Source: Opitutales bacterium
Lineage (GTDB): Bacteria; Verrucomicrobiota; Verrucomicrobiia; Opitutales; JABSRG01
DNA: 64,000 nucleotides
Reading direction: 5' to 3'
Assembly (NCBI GenBank): GCA_049599475.1
Contig: JBMYOQ010000005.1
Coordinates: 74,883 to 138,882, forward strand
Below, one piece after another: positions 34,642 to 45,512 of this stretch. The first letter of the stretch is position 1. Each line of letters starts with the position of its first letter. The notes under the pieces were generated by a model. That model saw only the letters and a program-made list of their open reading frames with translations. It had not been told where the DNA came from and did not search any database. The position numbers and the translations under genes are program-made.

Positions 34642-36531
34642 ATGCCACTCCTTACCTTACGTGACATATCGCTTTCCTTTGGCGGCCCTCCCTTACTCGA
34701 TAATATCTCATTCTCTATCGAGCCGAGGGATCGTATCTGTTTGGTCGGGCGTAATGGTGAAGGGAAATCTACCCTCATTCGCGTCATTCTGCGCGAGCAG
34801 GATGTGGATGCTGGAGAATTTGAAAGCCCTGCATCGGTAAAGACTGCACTGCTCTCGCAAACAATTCCTGAGAGTATCTCTGGGAGCGTATTTGAGGTGG
34901 TTGCTGAAGGTTTTGGTGAATCTGCTAAGACGAGTGCCGCCTATCATCGCGCGGCGCATCGTGTTGCAGAGAATCCCGATGATACAGAAGCCGCTGACCA
35001 ACTCGAAGCACTTCAGTCCGAAATGGATAATACCGATGGCTGGACGGTAAATCATCAGGTCGAGAAATTGCTCAGCCAGACCGAGCTCGATCCCGATGCG
35101 GAATTCGATTCTCTGTCCGGTGGACTCAAGCGCCGAGTGCTTCTTGCCCGCGCGCTGGCGAGCCAGCCGGATATTTTGCTCCTGGATGAGCCGACCAACC
35201 ATTTGGATATCCCCTCTATTCAATGGATGGAGGAATTTTTGGAAAAGCTTGATGTGGCTATCTTGTTTGTCAGCCACGACCGTGTGTTTTCCCAGAAAAT
35301 CGGTCAGCGTATATTCGATCTAGACCGTGGAACTCTGATTATTTTTAATTGCGATTTTAATACGTATTTGGACCGCAAGGACGAACTACTTTCTAACGAA
35401 GTGCGCAATCGTGAGCTCTTCGATAAGAAGCTTGCTGAAGAGGAAGCGTGGATACGGCGGGGCGTCCGCGCGCGGGGTACGCGGAACCAAGGGCGAGTGA
35501 AAGCCCTCAAGGAACTGCGAAAAGAACGTGGTGCTCGTCGCGATCAGCAGGGCTCGGCTCAGTTTCAAATTTCCTCGTCGGGTCAGTCTGGGAACAAGGT
35601 AATTGAAGTAAATGACCTTTTCTTTAGTTGGGACGGCAGTCCGCTATTCAAAGATTTTAGCACGACCATATGGCGTGGAGATCGTATTGGAATTGTCGGG
35701 TCAAACGGTTCGGGGAAAACCACATTGATCGAACTCTTACTCGGAAGGTTAAAACCCGAGTCGGGAACGGTGAATCAGGGAACTCAACTCGAAATAGCCT
35801 ATTTCGATCAACTGCGCGACCAGTTGGACCCCGAGAAGACTGTTGCAGAGAATATCGTAGATGATGGAGAGTTTGTGAGTCTGCCGACAGGGAAAAAGCA
35901 TGTCATCTCGTATCTCGAAGACTTTCTCTTCACGAAAGATCGTGTGCGCTCACCTGCCAATCAACTCTCTGGAGGGGAACGCGCTCGGCTGCTGTTAGCG
36001 AAGCTTTTTCAAAAGCCAGCAAACCTCCTGATTCTGGACGAGCCTACGAATGATTTGGATGTCGAGACCGTCGATTTACTAGAAGAGCTCATTGCTAATT
36101 TCGCGGGCACCATTCTTGTGGTCAGCCACGACCGTTCTTTCTTAGACAATGTAGTTACGGCGACCTTTGTCCTGGAAGGCAAGGGGTGTGTCGGCGAATA
36201 TGTTGGCGGCACCGAGACCTGGCTCGATAGACTCTCTCCGAAGAAAGCAGCCCCGAAACCTAAGGCCGAGAAACCCAAATCAAAGTCTGAAAAGCCGCGT
36301 AAAATGCTCAACCGTGAGCGGCGTGAGTTCGAAGAATTGCCCGGCAAAATCGAAGAACTCGAGACTGCGCAATCTGAACTCGTAGAGGCCATGGCTGGCG
36401 CCGACTTTTACCAAAGTGGCGAAAATACCCTGGAATCCGCCAGTGCCCAACTCGCGGCATTAGAAGAGAAGATCGCCGAAGCCTATGCCCGGTGGGAAGA
36501 GCTTGAAGCCTTAGCTGATGCGAGTGCTTAG
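34642..36531 (+). CDS. uup: ABC-F family ATPase Uup
   Basis: Two ABC domains (GRNGEGKS, LSGG, DEPTNH; GSNGSGKT, LSGGE, DEPTND), WIRRGVRARGTRNQGRV linker, C-terminal coiled coil ending RWEELE. Confidence 0.92.
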   Translation: MPLLTLRDISLSFGGPPLLDNISFSIEPRDRICLVGRNGEGKSTLIRVILREQDVDAGEFESPASVKTALLSQTIPESISGSVFEVVAEGFGESAKTSAAYHRAAHRVAENPDDTEAADQLEALQSEMDNTDGWTVNHQVEKLLSQTELDPDAEFDSLSGGLKRRVLLARALASQPDILLLDEPTNHLDIPSIQWMEEFLEKLDVAILFVSHDRVFSQKIGQRIFDLDRGTLIIFNCDFNTYLDRKDELLSNEVRNRELFDKKLAEEEAWIRRGVRARGTRNQGRVKALKELRKERGARRDQQGSAQFQISSSGQSGNKVIEVNDLFFSWDGSPLFKDFSTTIWRGDRIGIVGSNGSGKTTLIELLLGRLKPESGTVNQGTQLEIAYFDQLRDQLDPEKTVAENIVDDGEFVSLPTGKKHVISYLEDFLFTKDRVRSPANQLSGGERARLLLAKLFQKPANLLILDEPTNDLDVETVDLLEELIANFAGTILVVSHDRSFLDNVVTATFVLEGKGCVGEYVGGTETWLDRLSPKKAAPKPKAEKPKSKSEKPRKMLNRERREFEELPGKIEELETAQSELVEAMAGADFYQSGENTLESASAQLAALEEKIAEAYARWEELEALADASA

Positions 36532-37038
36532 CTCGGGAAAGCCTTCATTATTAGAGAGGTTTTTTGGATGCATGCGGGGCTGACGGCGGGATTTGGCGAG
36601 GGCGCTGACCTCGACCTCTAGACGGTTTCTCAAAATCAATTTCGTAAAGGAGGGAGAGGCATTGTTCTCAATGTCCACTGCAATCGATTCTGCGGACGCT
36701 GAGAACAGTGGACGTAGGCATGCCTCCGTCGAGAACAGAGTCTCTCCCGGAAAACTCACGATCATAATTTGAGCTCCCATTCTTCGAAAGTGTGGATTTA
36801 TCAGAGGGGTCCAATGCTTTTCTAAACGAGGTAGAAACAACCGGAATGTCAATGAACCTTGGAGAAACAGAATATGCTGTCACTGTTGCTTTGAATGAAA
36901 TTTTTTCTGTAAGGATTTGCGTTCGAGAGACACTAGAAGGTGTGCGGAAAACGTATTTCTTCATCGAAGTTGAAACGTTTTATTTTTGTCGGCATTTGTT
37001 TAATTTATCACCAAAGCGATCTGCTCCCCGTATGCGTC

Positions 37039-40031
37039 ATGCAGTTTCGTCCCTCTAATCACCCAATTTACTCTGTCTCTCTGATGCAGCTCACACTTGT
37101 TGCGTTCTGGCGCCATGTTTTCATCCCTAGACGTCGTAGCTGCGTTAAGCTCCTGGCTTGCGCACTGGCTGTTTGTTCAAACACTGTTCGTGGCGAAACA
37201 ATCGATTTTGAGCAGTCGATTCGTCCTATTTTTGAAGCATCTTGTTTTCAATGTCATGGTCCGGAGAAAAAGAAAGGGGTCTACGGCTAGATATACGGGA
37301 GGCTGCCCTTGAAGGAGGCGATAGCGGTGAACCAGCTTTTGTCCCTGGGGACCCTGAATCCAGTGAGCTTATTTTTATGGTGTCCCTGCCCGCGGATGAT
37401 TTCGATTTCATGCCTGCTGAGGGTGACCCGCTGACCAAAGCTCAGATCCAAACCCTGTCAGATTGGATTGAGCAGGGAGCCTCATACGGCACTTATACGG
37501 GCGAGGTTGAACCGAAGGACGTGCAGCCTATAGATGTTCCGGCGCACCTCGCATTTCTTGGAAAGCATTGCTACGATTGTCACGACGGGACACAGAGTGA
37601 GGGAAACCTGAATCTGGAGGCGCTTGGTTTTGACTTTGAAAACCGAGAGACGTTGAAGCGGTGGGAACTGGTGTTTGATCGGATCCATCACGGAGAGATG
37701 CCTCCAGAGCAGAAAGATCGGCCCGACTCTGAAGAAACGGATGCATTCTTGAGTCTCTTGGGGGGAGAGCTTGAAGACGCCGAACGCGCTCACCAGGAAG
37801 TTGACGGTCGCTCTGAATTGAGGCGCCTAAATCGATTTGAATTTGAGAATACGCTGCGCGATACACTCGATGCTCCGTGGCTTATGGTTGCCGACGAGTT
37901 GCCTGCAGATGGCACGTATCAGTTTTTTAGTAAGTCGAGTCGCAGTCTGGAGATATCCCATGTTCAAATGCTGAAATGGCTGGATGTTACGCGCGATGCG
38001 CTGCGCCTTGCTGTCGACGCTGCAGCTTGGCCTTCTGAAACAAAGCGCGTGTATGCGCGCCAAGCTATGCGTCACGACGGTCGAGGTATGCGCGCTAGTT
38101 TGCCCCTTCTTGGCTGGGAGACTGATATCGCGGCAATGACTAAGAAGAAGGGGAGCCAATCTGAGCTTCACGAGCTGGAGGCCGTGGCATCCTTTTATGG
38201 GGCGCACCCTGCCTTGCCGCGACACGATTTTCGAGCTATCCGACCGCCCATCGATGGACAGTATCTAATTCGAGTAAATAGTTATTCGATGGCCGCTGGG
38301 AATAATGGATATCCCGGTAATGGCTTAAACAAGGCAGCTCCTGTTAAGCCTGAGCAAGAGCAGCACCAGTGGTATCGGCCAGACCGATACAATATACAGC
38401 CCTCCGATCGTATTGAACCTGTCACTCTGTACGCTGTGCACTCAAGTGGTGAATCTCGGCCCATCGCCTCATTTGATACGGGGCCCCAGCCGAATATTTC
38501 AGAGAGCTTGGTAAGCATGCGCAGCGAGGAGTACTTGCGACCAGACGGAGCGCGCCTGGTGCGTTTGAGACCCGGATTTGGCGGAAATAAGAATGTGGAA
38601 AATGACCGTATACCTGGTTGGGCGATACGCTGGGTGGAGATCGAAGGTCCAGTCACGGAAACCTGGCCACCTAAGTCTTACAAGGCTCTGTTCGACGACT
38701 TAGACTTTGTCGAGAACGATAAACGCGTGGAGGTCTTGTCAGAGAGTCCAGATGCGGACGCATTAAGGCTAATTCAGCGTTTTGTGAGCAAAGTAAGTAA
38801 TGGGCGTGGTGAAAACTTGGATACGGTCGATTACGGTGTGGCGATCTATCATCAAGCTCGTGATATGGGGCAAAGCTTTACGGATGCAATGTTAGAGGCA
38901 TTCGCGGTTGTAATTTTATCTCCCGATTTTCTCTATCTGAATGCACAACCTGGGAAGTTGGATGGTCCTGCAATGGCAGAGCGCTTATCTTATTTTCTAT
39001 GGAATGGACCTCCTGACGCGGCTCTACTTGAAGGCCTTGCTGGGGGTGCCGACGCGGATGTATTGAAACGAGAAATGGATCGTATGCTAGCAGACGAGCG
39101 CGCGGACCGTTTTATCGAGCACTTTCTCGATCATTGGCTCAACCTAAGAGATCTAGATGATACAGTTCCAGATGTCCTGCTGTATCCTGACTACTTCCTC
39201 GATAGCCATTTGGTGGAGTCGGCTCGATTGGAAGCGCATCTGTTTTTCAAAACTTTGATCGAGGAAAACTTATCTGTGCGGAATTTTGTGGATTCTGATT
39301 TTACCTTTCTCAATGAGCGCCTTGCAGAGCATTATGAAATACCATTTTCGGGCGAATCAGGTGCGCTCGTGCGGACGGAACTGCCGAAGAATTCACCCCG
39401 AGGTGGATTCCTCACGCAGGCTGCATCCTTGAAAGTTTCGGCAAATGGCACCACGACCTCTCCGGTATTGAGAGGGCTGTGGGTGGCTGAGCGTATCATG
39501 GGGCGCCATATTGGGGCGCCACCCTCGGGGATTGAAGCGATAGAACCTGATACGCGGGGTGTGGTCACTATCAAGCAGCAGCTTGGCAAACACGTGGCTT
39601 TTAGGTCCTGTGCCTCCTGTCATGAGAAATTCGATCCCCTAGGCTTTGCCCTGGAATCTTTCGATGTGATGGGAGGGTTCCGGGAAAGCTATCGTTCTTT
39701 GAGTGATACCCGAGAGCCCGTACACGGCTTTGGAATGAATGGGCATGCCTTTAAGTTTAGTTACGCACACGGCGTTGAAAGCGATGCTGTATTGGATGGC
39801 GAATACGCCTTTCAGGACATTCACGAACTGAAAGCGATACTCTTGGAGAAAGATCGCAAGGTCGCCGAAACCTTCCTCCACCGACTCGTAATGTATTCTA
39901 CGGGAGCGCGCGTATCCTTTGCCGATCGTGCTGAGATAAACGCTATATTAGATAAGCATGAGCCTGCCGGTTATCCGGTGAGGGACCTTATGTTTGAATT
40001 GATACAGAGTGATTTATTCGCGCGAAAATAA
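37039..40031 (+). pseudogene. Planctomycete-type cytochrome c / DUF1592-DUF1588 family protein interrupted by a 1-nt frameshift near 37276-37279 (pseudogene or sequencing error)
   Basis: ORF ending 37290 has IDFEQSIRPIFEASCFQCHGPEKKKG; ORF 37242-40031 continues GLRLDIREAALEGGDSG; later CYDCH, LRRLNRFEFENTLRD, SYFLWNGPPD, RGGFLTQA, TSPVLRG, CASCH. Start codon uncertain (37039 or 37084). Confidence 0.75.
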
Positions 40032-40050
40032 TTTTAAACGAATATTTTGT

Positions 40051-41382
40051 ATGACCCCAAAAATTACATCTAACATATCAGGTCGACGCCGTTTTCTTCG
40101 AGCGTCTGGTGTCGTGTGCGCCCTCCCGTTTTTGGAATCCGTGAAACCCTTGTTTGCTGGGCCTGCTTCACTCGCCCCTGATCTGACTCGGGCTCCCAAG
40201 CGATTTATTGGGATATGTAATAATCTTGGGTTTCTACCAGATCGTTTCTTCCCATCATTTGAGGAGGGGGCCTATCAAGCATCTCCCTACCTCGAGCAAT
40301 TCTCGGAGTTGGAAGGACGGTTTACAGTATTGGATGGTGTGTCACATCCAGGGGTAAATGGTTCCCATAGATCCGACGTTTGTTTTTTGACGGCGGCTCC
40401 TGGGCCTGGAACGGGATCATTCCGCAATACCATATCGTTCGATCAGTATTTGGCGGGGCAGTTTGGATCCGAGACGCGGTTCCCCTCGATGACATTGGGG
40501 GTCAATGCGAAGCCAGGTGAGCGCAGTTTGTCATGGACGCAGTCTGGAGTCTTGATCCCGTGTACCTCTATCGCAGCCGATGTCTATCGCAGCTTATTCC
40601 TCAAAGGCAGCGATGCCGAAATTGAGGCAAAAGTGAATGATTTGCGCTTAGGCCGCAGTATGATGGACTTTTTAATGGGGGCTTCGAATCGCTTGAAACG
40701 GGATATCAGCAAACGTGACAAGGAGCGCCTCGACCAATATCAAACCGCGATTCGAGATGTCGAAAAACGCCTAAACGAGAACGAAGCTTGGGCGCGCAAA
40801 CCGAAACCGGTTGCGCCGATTCCTGAGCCGACGGATCCGGAAGATCGCGGTGCTTTTAATGACAAGACACGCTTGATGCTCCAGATGGCCAAGCTGGCCT
40901 TTGAGACGGACTCGACGCGCTCGATCTCCTTGTTGTTGGATGCTAATGGGACTCCAGCGATTTCGGACTTGGAAGAACATCACGTGCAAGTGGATCAAAG
41001 CTATCACAATTTATCTCACCACGGAAAAAGGGACAACAAACTCTCGCAGCTCGAAGCCATCGACAATGCGCAGCTTCGTGAGTTGCGAGATTTCTTGAAT
41101 GACCTGAGCGCTGTCGATGAAGGCGACGGGGATTTGCTCGAGAATACGACCGTGATGTATGGGAGCAATTTGGGGGATGCGAACAAGCATACCACAACCA
41201 ATATGCCCATGCTTGTCGCTGGTGGTCGCTTCAAGCACCAGAATCTCCTCCAATTTGACCGGAAAGACAACTATCCGCTACCAAACATTTTCGTAAGCAT
41301 CCTCCAGCAAATGGGGCTTGAGGCAGATGCGTTTTCTACCGGCAAGAGCACATTGACCGGCTTGGATATTCGGGGCGCGTAG
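40051..41382 (+). CDS. DUF1552 family protein with Tat-like signal
   Basis: GRRRFLRASGVVCALPFLES, NTISFDQ, ETRFPS, YHNLSHHG, GSNLGDANKH; standard partner of DUF1592. Confidence 0.85.
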   Translation: MTPKITSNISGRRRFLRASGVVCALPFLESVKPLFAGPASLAPDLTRAPKRFIGICNNLGFLPDRFFPSFEEGAYQASPYLEQFSELEGRFTVLDGVSHPGVNGSHRSDVCFLTAAPGPGTGSFRNTISFDQYLAGQFGSETRFPSMTLGVNAKPGERSLSWTQSGVLIPCTSIAADVYRSLFLKGSDAEIEAKVNDLRLGRSMMDFLMGASNRLKRDISKRDKERLDQYQTAIRDVEKRLNENEAWARKPKPVAPIPEPTDPEDRGAFNDKTRLMLQMAKLAFETDSTRSISLLLDANGTPAISDLEEHHVQVDQSYHNLSHHGKRDNKLSQLEAIDNAQLRELRDFLNDLSAVDEGDGDLLENTTVMYGSNLGDANKHTTTNMPMLVAGGRFKHQNLLQFDRKDNYPLPNIFVSILQQMGLEADAFSTGKSTLTGLDIRGA

Positions 41383-41405
41383 TGCGTTTTTAACGACGTT
41401 CTATC

Positions 41406-42068
41406 TCAACTCTTCCATGCCACGAAGCGATATGCGCCCATCAGGGTTGAATGGGTTTTCCATGTCCATTGCGTAGGGTCGAGTCCCAACAGCTCAGGTA
41501 ATTCGTCTCCGCGAAAACCGCTTTCTACGCTCACTTTTGCATCGTGGTTAGACACGTAGTTGGTGCCGAGTAGTCGGGTCAAAGGGAGAAGAGTAAGGCT
41601 CAAGCGGCTGCGTGCAGTCTCATTGAAGATTAGCAGACGTGCGTGCTCATTGATTGATTTTCCCACTGCCCGTAGGAGGTCCTCTTCGAATTGATGGAGA
41701 ATCATATTTCCGATCACGATGGGGTGCTCGGCAAATGCGCGGGTCTCTAGGATGTCTTCTTGAATCCACCCCCATGTCTGGGGCCAAGAATCGGGGCGGC
41801 TCCAGAGGTCCAGCCCAGATATGCTGTGCTCAAGGAGTTTAGGGTATCTTTTGGCCAAAAACGCGCCGAAGCTGCCGTCACCTGCGCCCAGCTCGAGTAT
41901 GGGCTCTCCGGCATTCTTGGATTGCTGCAAGGTCTTCGCAACCCAGCTAAAATTGCCCATCAACGCATTGAAGATTCTCAAGTCGCGACGGTTGTGCATC
42001 GCGTCCGGGTGGCCCTCGGGCAGGCTATCGAGGATTTCCGGAGTGAGGGTACGCTTCAGTGTCGGCAT
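41406..42068 (-). CDS. SAM-dependent methyltransferase
   Basis: PEILDSLP...RDLRIFNALMG, ILELGAGDG, NMILHQF. Confidence 0.75.
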   Translation of the reverse strand: MPTLKRTLTPEILDSLPEGHPDAMHNRRDLRIFNALMGNFSWVAKTLQQSKNAGEPILELGAGDGSFGAFLAKRYPKLLEHSISGLDLWSRPDSWPQTWGWIQEDILETRAFAEHPIVIGNMILHQFEEDLLRAVGKSINEHARLLIFNETARSRLSLTLLPLTRLLGTNYVSNHDAKVSVESGFRGDELPELLGLDPTQWTWKTHSTLMGAYRFVAWKS

Positions 42069-42176
42069 ATTTGAAAGCGAAGAAGGGATTCATTATGAAG
42101 GCAAGAATCCTATGTTCTCCCACTATTTTTTACATTTGCTCTGGCTTTGGCCGGGGAGCGGCTGTTGCTTGCGTCT

Positions 42177-42776
42177 ATGCATTGGTACGAAAACGAGATC
42201 CAGGCGCTCGAGCGTGAAAAGAAGCCCCTGATTCGAAACGGCGAAACGGTCGTATTCTATGGGAGCTCGTCGATACGCCTCTGGGATTCGCTGGAGTCTG
42301 AATTTCCCGGCTATCATGTCCTGAATATGGGATTTGGCGGTTCGACATTGGCCGGCTGCGGGTGGTTTTTCGATCGGATGCTCGGGGATGTGCAGCCCAA
42401 GGCATTAGTGCTCTATGCGGGGGATAACGACCTTGGCGATGGCCGCCACCCGGAGGAAATCTATCTCTTTTTCGAGGCGATACATGGCTATGTCCGCGCT
42501 TATCTGCCCGATATGCCCTTCACCTTTATCTCGGTAAAACCGAGTCCGGTGCGTATGCATTTGGTCCCCAAAATGAAAATGCTCAATGAATGGGTCGCTC
42601 AAAGTCTGGAGCCGACTCCGCACGAAACCTTTGTCGATGTCTTCAATCCAATGATGAATTGTGGTCAGAATTTACAAACGCTTTACACAGATGACGGCCT
42701 TCATATGAACTCCAAAGGCTATGATATCTGGAAATCGGTGCTAATGGAGCATCGAAACACAATTTTTGGTGGATGA
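42177..42776 (+). CDS. SGNH/GDSL-like hydrolase
   Basis: FYGSSSIRLW, NMGFGGS, YAGDND, DGLH; ATG at 42177. Confidence 0.85.
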   Translation: MHWYENEIQALEREKKPLIRNGETVVFYGSSSIRLWDSLESEFPGYHVLNMGFGGSTLAGCGWFFDRMLGDVQPKALVLYAGDNDLGDGRHPEEIYLFFEAIHGYVRAYLPDMPFTFISVKPSPVRMHLVPKMKMLNEWVAQSLEPTPHETFVDVFNPMMNCGQNLQTLYTDDGLHMNSKGYDIWKSVLMEHRNTIFGG

Positions 42777-43498
42777 ATCGAGAGTATTATCAATGGCACA
42801 GTAAGTTCCTGGACAGAAACATGGAGCTGCTGATCTTCGGCCATGCAGGAGCCCGAGTTTTAGTCTTTCCTACGCGAATGGGGCGTTTCTTCGACTTCGA
42901 AAACTGGCGTCTTGTCGACGCTCTTGGCGACCATATTCGGAACGGTTGGGTGCAACTGTTCTGCGTCGACAGTGTGGACGAGGAAACCTGGTATAATGAC
43001 TGGGCCCACCCGCGGGGACGCGTCGACCGCCATCTCAACTATGAGAAGTATATCATAGAAGAGGTCCTGCCGCTCACTCGTTATAAGAACCGCGATATGT
43101 CGATGATCGCCTTGGGATGCAGCTTCGGCGCCTTTCACGCCATGAATATTGCACTGCGCCATCCCAAGCACTTTGGCCGTGTGATCGCCTTGAGCGGCCG
43201 CTATGATGTGACTCTCGATGTCGAGGATTTTCGCAACTTGATGAACGGCTACTACGACGAGGATGTGTATCTCAACAATCCAAGCCACTTCTTGCCGAAC
43301 GCCGACGGGAAATACTTGGAAGAGCTGCGCAATCTAGAAGTCACCATTGCCGTGGGTGAGCACGATCCGTTTGTTCACAACAATCATGAGTTCTCGGAAA
43401 TACTCGGGCAGAAAGGGATCCCACATAGTATCGATATTTGGCCAGGTAGGGCGCATCGTGCGCGATTCTGGCGACAAATGCTACCGCACTACATCTAA
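42773..43498 (+). CDS. Putative esterase (alpha/beta hydrolase)
   Basis: FGHAG, GCSFG nucleophile, LSGRY, terminal His in GRAH; ATGA overlap with the previous gene. Confidence 0.8.
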   Translation: MNREYYQWHSKFLDRNMELLIFGHAGARVLVFPTRMGRFFDFENWRLVDALGDHIRNGWVQLFCVDSVDEETWYNDWAHPRGRVDRHLNYEKYIIEEVLPLTRYKNRDMSMIALGCSFGAFHAMNIALRHPKHFGRVIALSGRYDVTLDVEDFRNLMNGYYDEDVYLNNPSHFLPNADGKYLEELRNLEVTIAVGEHDPFVHNNHEFSEILGQKGIPHSIDIWPGRAHRARFWRQMLPHYI

Positions 43499-43574
43499 GG
43501 AAAAACAGGCTTTCCTTCTTATTTTTTTAACGAGGGCTTGACCACCTTCCGATGCGATAGGATTACTTGTCGTA

Positions 43575-44015
43575 ATGGGTGCGAAAAAGACTGCTGTGCG
43601 TCGCCGGAGACCGGTGCAATTTTCAGAATCTGACTTTGAAGTGCGCGATAGCTCGATACCGAATATTGGTAAAGGCCTATTCGCTCTGCGCCTGGTGAGA
43701 CCGGGTGACACGATTGGTTCTTATGTCGGGAAAATCATTGATGACTCCATGGCGGAAGAAGAGCCCTATGTCTCGTCCCGCTATCTGGTCTATGTGTGCC
43801 AAGATTACTGGATTGAGGGGCAGATCGATGGAAACTACACCCGCTTCATCAATCATAGCACGAAGCCCAATGCGGAGCTGGTTACATCCGTGCGCTGGAA
43901 GACCGCTCGTATCAAAGCCCTCAAATTGATCCGCCCAGGGGATGAGATATTCTTCGATTACGGCGAGGATTATTGGGAAGCTTTGGAAAATGAGCTAGAG
44001 CCCGTCGAAAAGTAG
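43575..44015 (+). CDS. SET-domain protein (putative protein-lysine methyltransferase)
   Basis: GKGLFA, YVG, RFINHSTKPN, GDEIFFDYG. Confidence 0.9.
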   Translation: MGAKKTAVRRRRPVQFSESDFEVRDSSIPNIGKGLFALRLVRPGDTIGSYVGKIIDDSMAEEEPYVSSRYLVYVCQDYWIEGQIDGNYTRFINHSTKPNAELVTSVRWKTARIKALKLIRPGDEIFFDYGEDYWEALENELEPVEK

Positions 44016-44133
44016 ATTCTCGGCTGGGTATTAGATTTTATGTTGGTCCAAAGTGAAAAGTTCGGTGCTCTGGAAAAAATAGAGTTAAATCCTGAAAGAA
44101 TTTTGAGTTCGGCGACGTTCTTTCTTTTGAGAT

Positions 44134-45492
44134 ATGGAAGATTCTCAGCGATTCTGGCTTGGTAGAGCGCGCCGATTGGCAGCGCGGGTAAACTTTTTCC
44201 TCTGGGTAGAGGGATGGTTACTGGCCGGTGTTGTTGTTCATATCGCTTATGCCGCCGGAGTCCTCTGGATGCGATCATCGATGGATTATTCGATGTCCTC
44301 AATCTGGTTGGGTTACGCGGGGCTGATTATCGTGCTTGCGATTGCGGCCCTGTGGCGTTGCCGGGGAAAATGGTACACCGTTCAGGCGGCACTCTCGCGC
44401 TTGGAGGTGCATCACGAATTGTATGGTCAACTCAGTGCAGCGAATGAGGGCAAAGCGGAGTGGCCCGCGCGTGGAGAGAGTTCGGGGTCCGTTCAATACC
44501 GATCGACCAATGGGCAGGTTTGGTTCGGCCTCAGTCTTTTATTTTTTGTCATAGCTTTGTGGATACCTATTCAGAAACAGGTGAAAGATGTGTTCGCTCC
44601 GGATATCGAGACTCCGCCCGATATGACGACTGTCGAAATGTGGCTCGAAGTCTTGAAGGATGATCCCTCTATTGACCAAGCGGCGCTTGAGGACATCGAA
44701 GATACTTTAGAGACTCTTGAAAACGAGGACCCCGCATCCTGGTATGATCAGGCGTCTTTGGAAGCGGCCAGTGCTCTGCGCGAGCAATTGGAATATTCTC
44801 TGGATGAACTGCAGGAAAAATTAGATCTCGCCAACTCGGAGCTCGGCAAAGCTCTTGAAAGGATGGAAGGCGATACCCAGCAACTAAGCTTGGGTAAGGA
44901 GGCAATGAATGCTCTCAGTGAACTTCCAAAAGGTGCAATGCCCTGGAGGGATTCAATTCTTGAGCAATTGACCTCGGGGCAGAACCAAGGCCCTATGAGC
45001 TTGGATGCGGAGGCTATGGAGTCGTTGAGGCAAAGCATGTCGCGGAGCCAAAACACAGCTCAAACCCTTTCGGATATTGGCACTATGCGCCGCCTGAGCG
45101 AAGAGGAAATGCAGCAGCTTCTCGCCCAATGCCAATCAACTGGACCCGGCGGGGAAGGGGATTTGCCTGGTAGTGGTGGGGTGGCTCGAGGTCCAGGGAC
45201 GGCGCCGCTACTTTTTCGCCCCGATGACCTCCCCTTCATGCCAGAAACTTTTGAGGGTGTGTCCAACTCTGACTTATCGCGTGCATCCATCGGAGAGACG
45301 ATTGATACGAAAGTTGTATCCATGAATGACCGACAGGACGACGAAATTGAAACAGGCCTCCTGGATAGCAGGTCTGCACTAGACTCAGGTCAGGGGGGCA
45401 CCGCTACGTGGCAGCAGAGCCTGACGCCTGCTGAAGCTCAGCGATTAAAGAAATTTTTCAATCGAGACACTCCGCCCGATCCTAATCCTTAA
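44134..45492 (+). CDS. Membrane-anchored coiled-coil protein, first gene of the MoxR operon
   Basis: Three hydrophobic segments, acidic helical region, Gly-rich GPGGEG...GGVARGPG tail. Confidence 0.7.
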   Translation: MEDSQRFWLGRARRLAARVNFFLWVEGWLLAGVVVHIAYAAGVLWMRSSMDYSMSSIWLGYAGLIIVLAIAALWRCRGKWYTVQAALSRLEVHHELYGQLSAANEGKAEWPARGESSGSVQYRSTNGQVWFGLSLLFFVIALWIPIQKQVKDVFAPDIETPPDMTTVEMWLEVLKDDPSIDQAALEDIEDTLETLENEDPASWYDQASLEAASALREQLEYSLDELQEKLDLANSELGKALERMEGDTQQLSLGKEAMNALSELPKGAMPWRDSILEQLTSGQNQGPMSLDAEAMESLRQSMSRSQNTAQTLSDIGTMRRLSEEEMQQLLAQCQSTGPGGEGDLPGSGGVARGPGTAPLLFRPDDLPFMPETFEGVSNSDLSRASIGETIDTKVVSMNDRQDDEIETGLLDSRSALDSGQGGTATWQQSLTPAEAQRLKKFFNRDTPPDPNP

Positions 45493-45512
45493 GATTGCCT
45501 ATAATCTCTCCT

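Noticed and set aside
36532..37038. Possible decayed gene between uup and the cytochrome gene (short ORFs on both strands; two plus-strand pieces could join near 36765)
   Set aside because: No recognisable motif and conflicting frames; cannot be supported without a homology search
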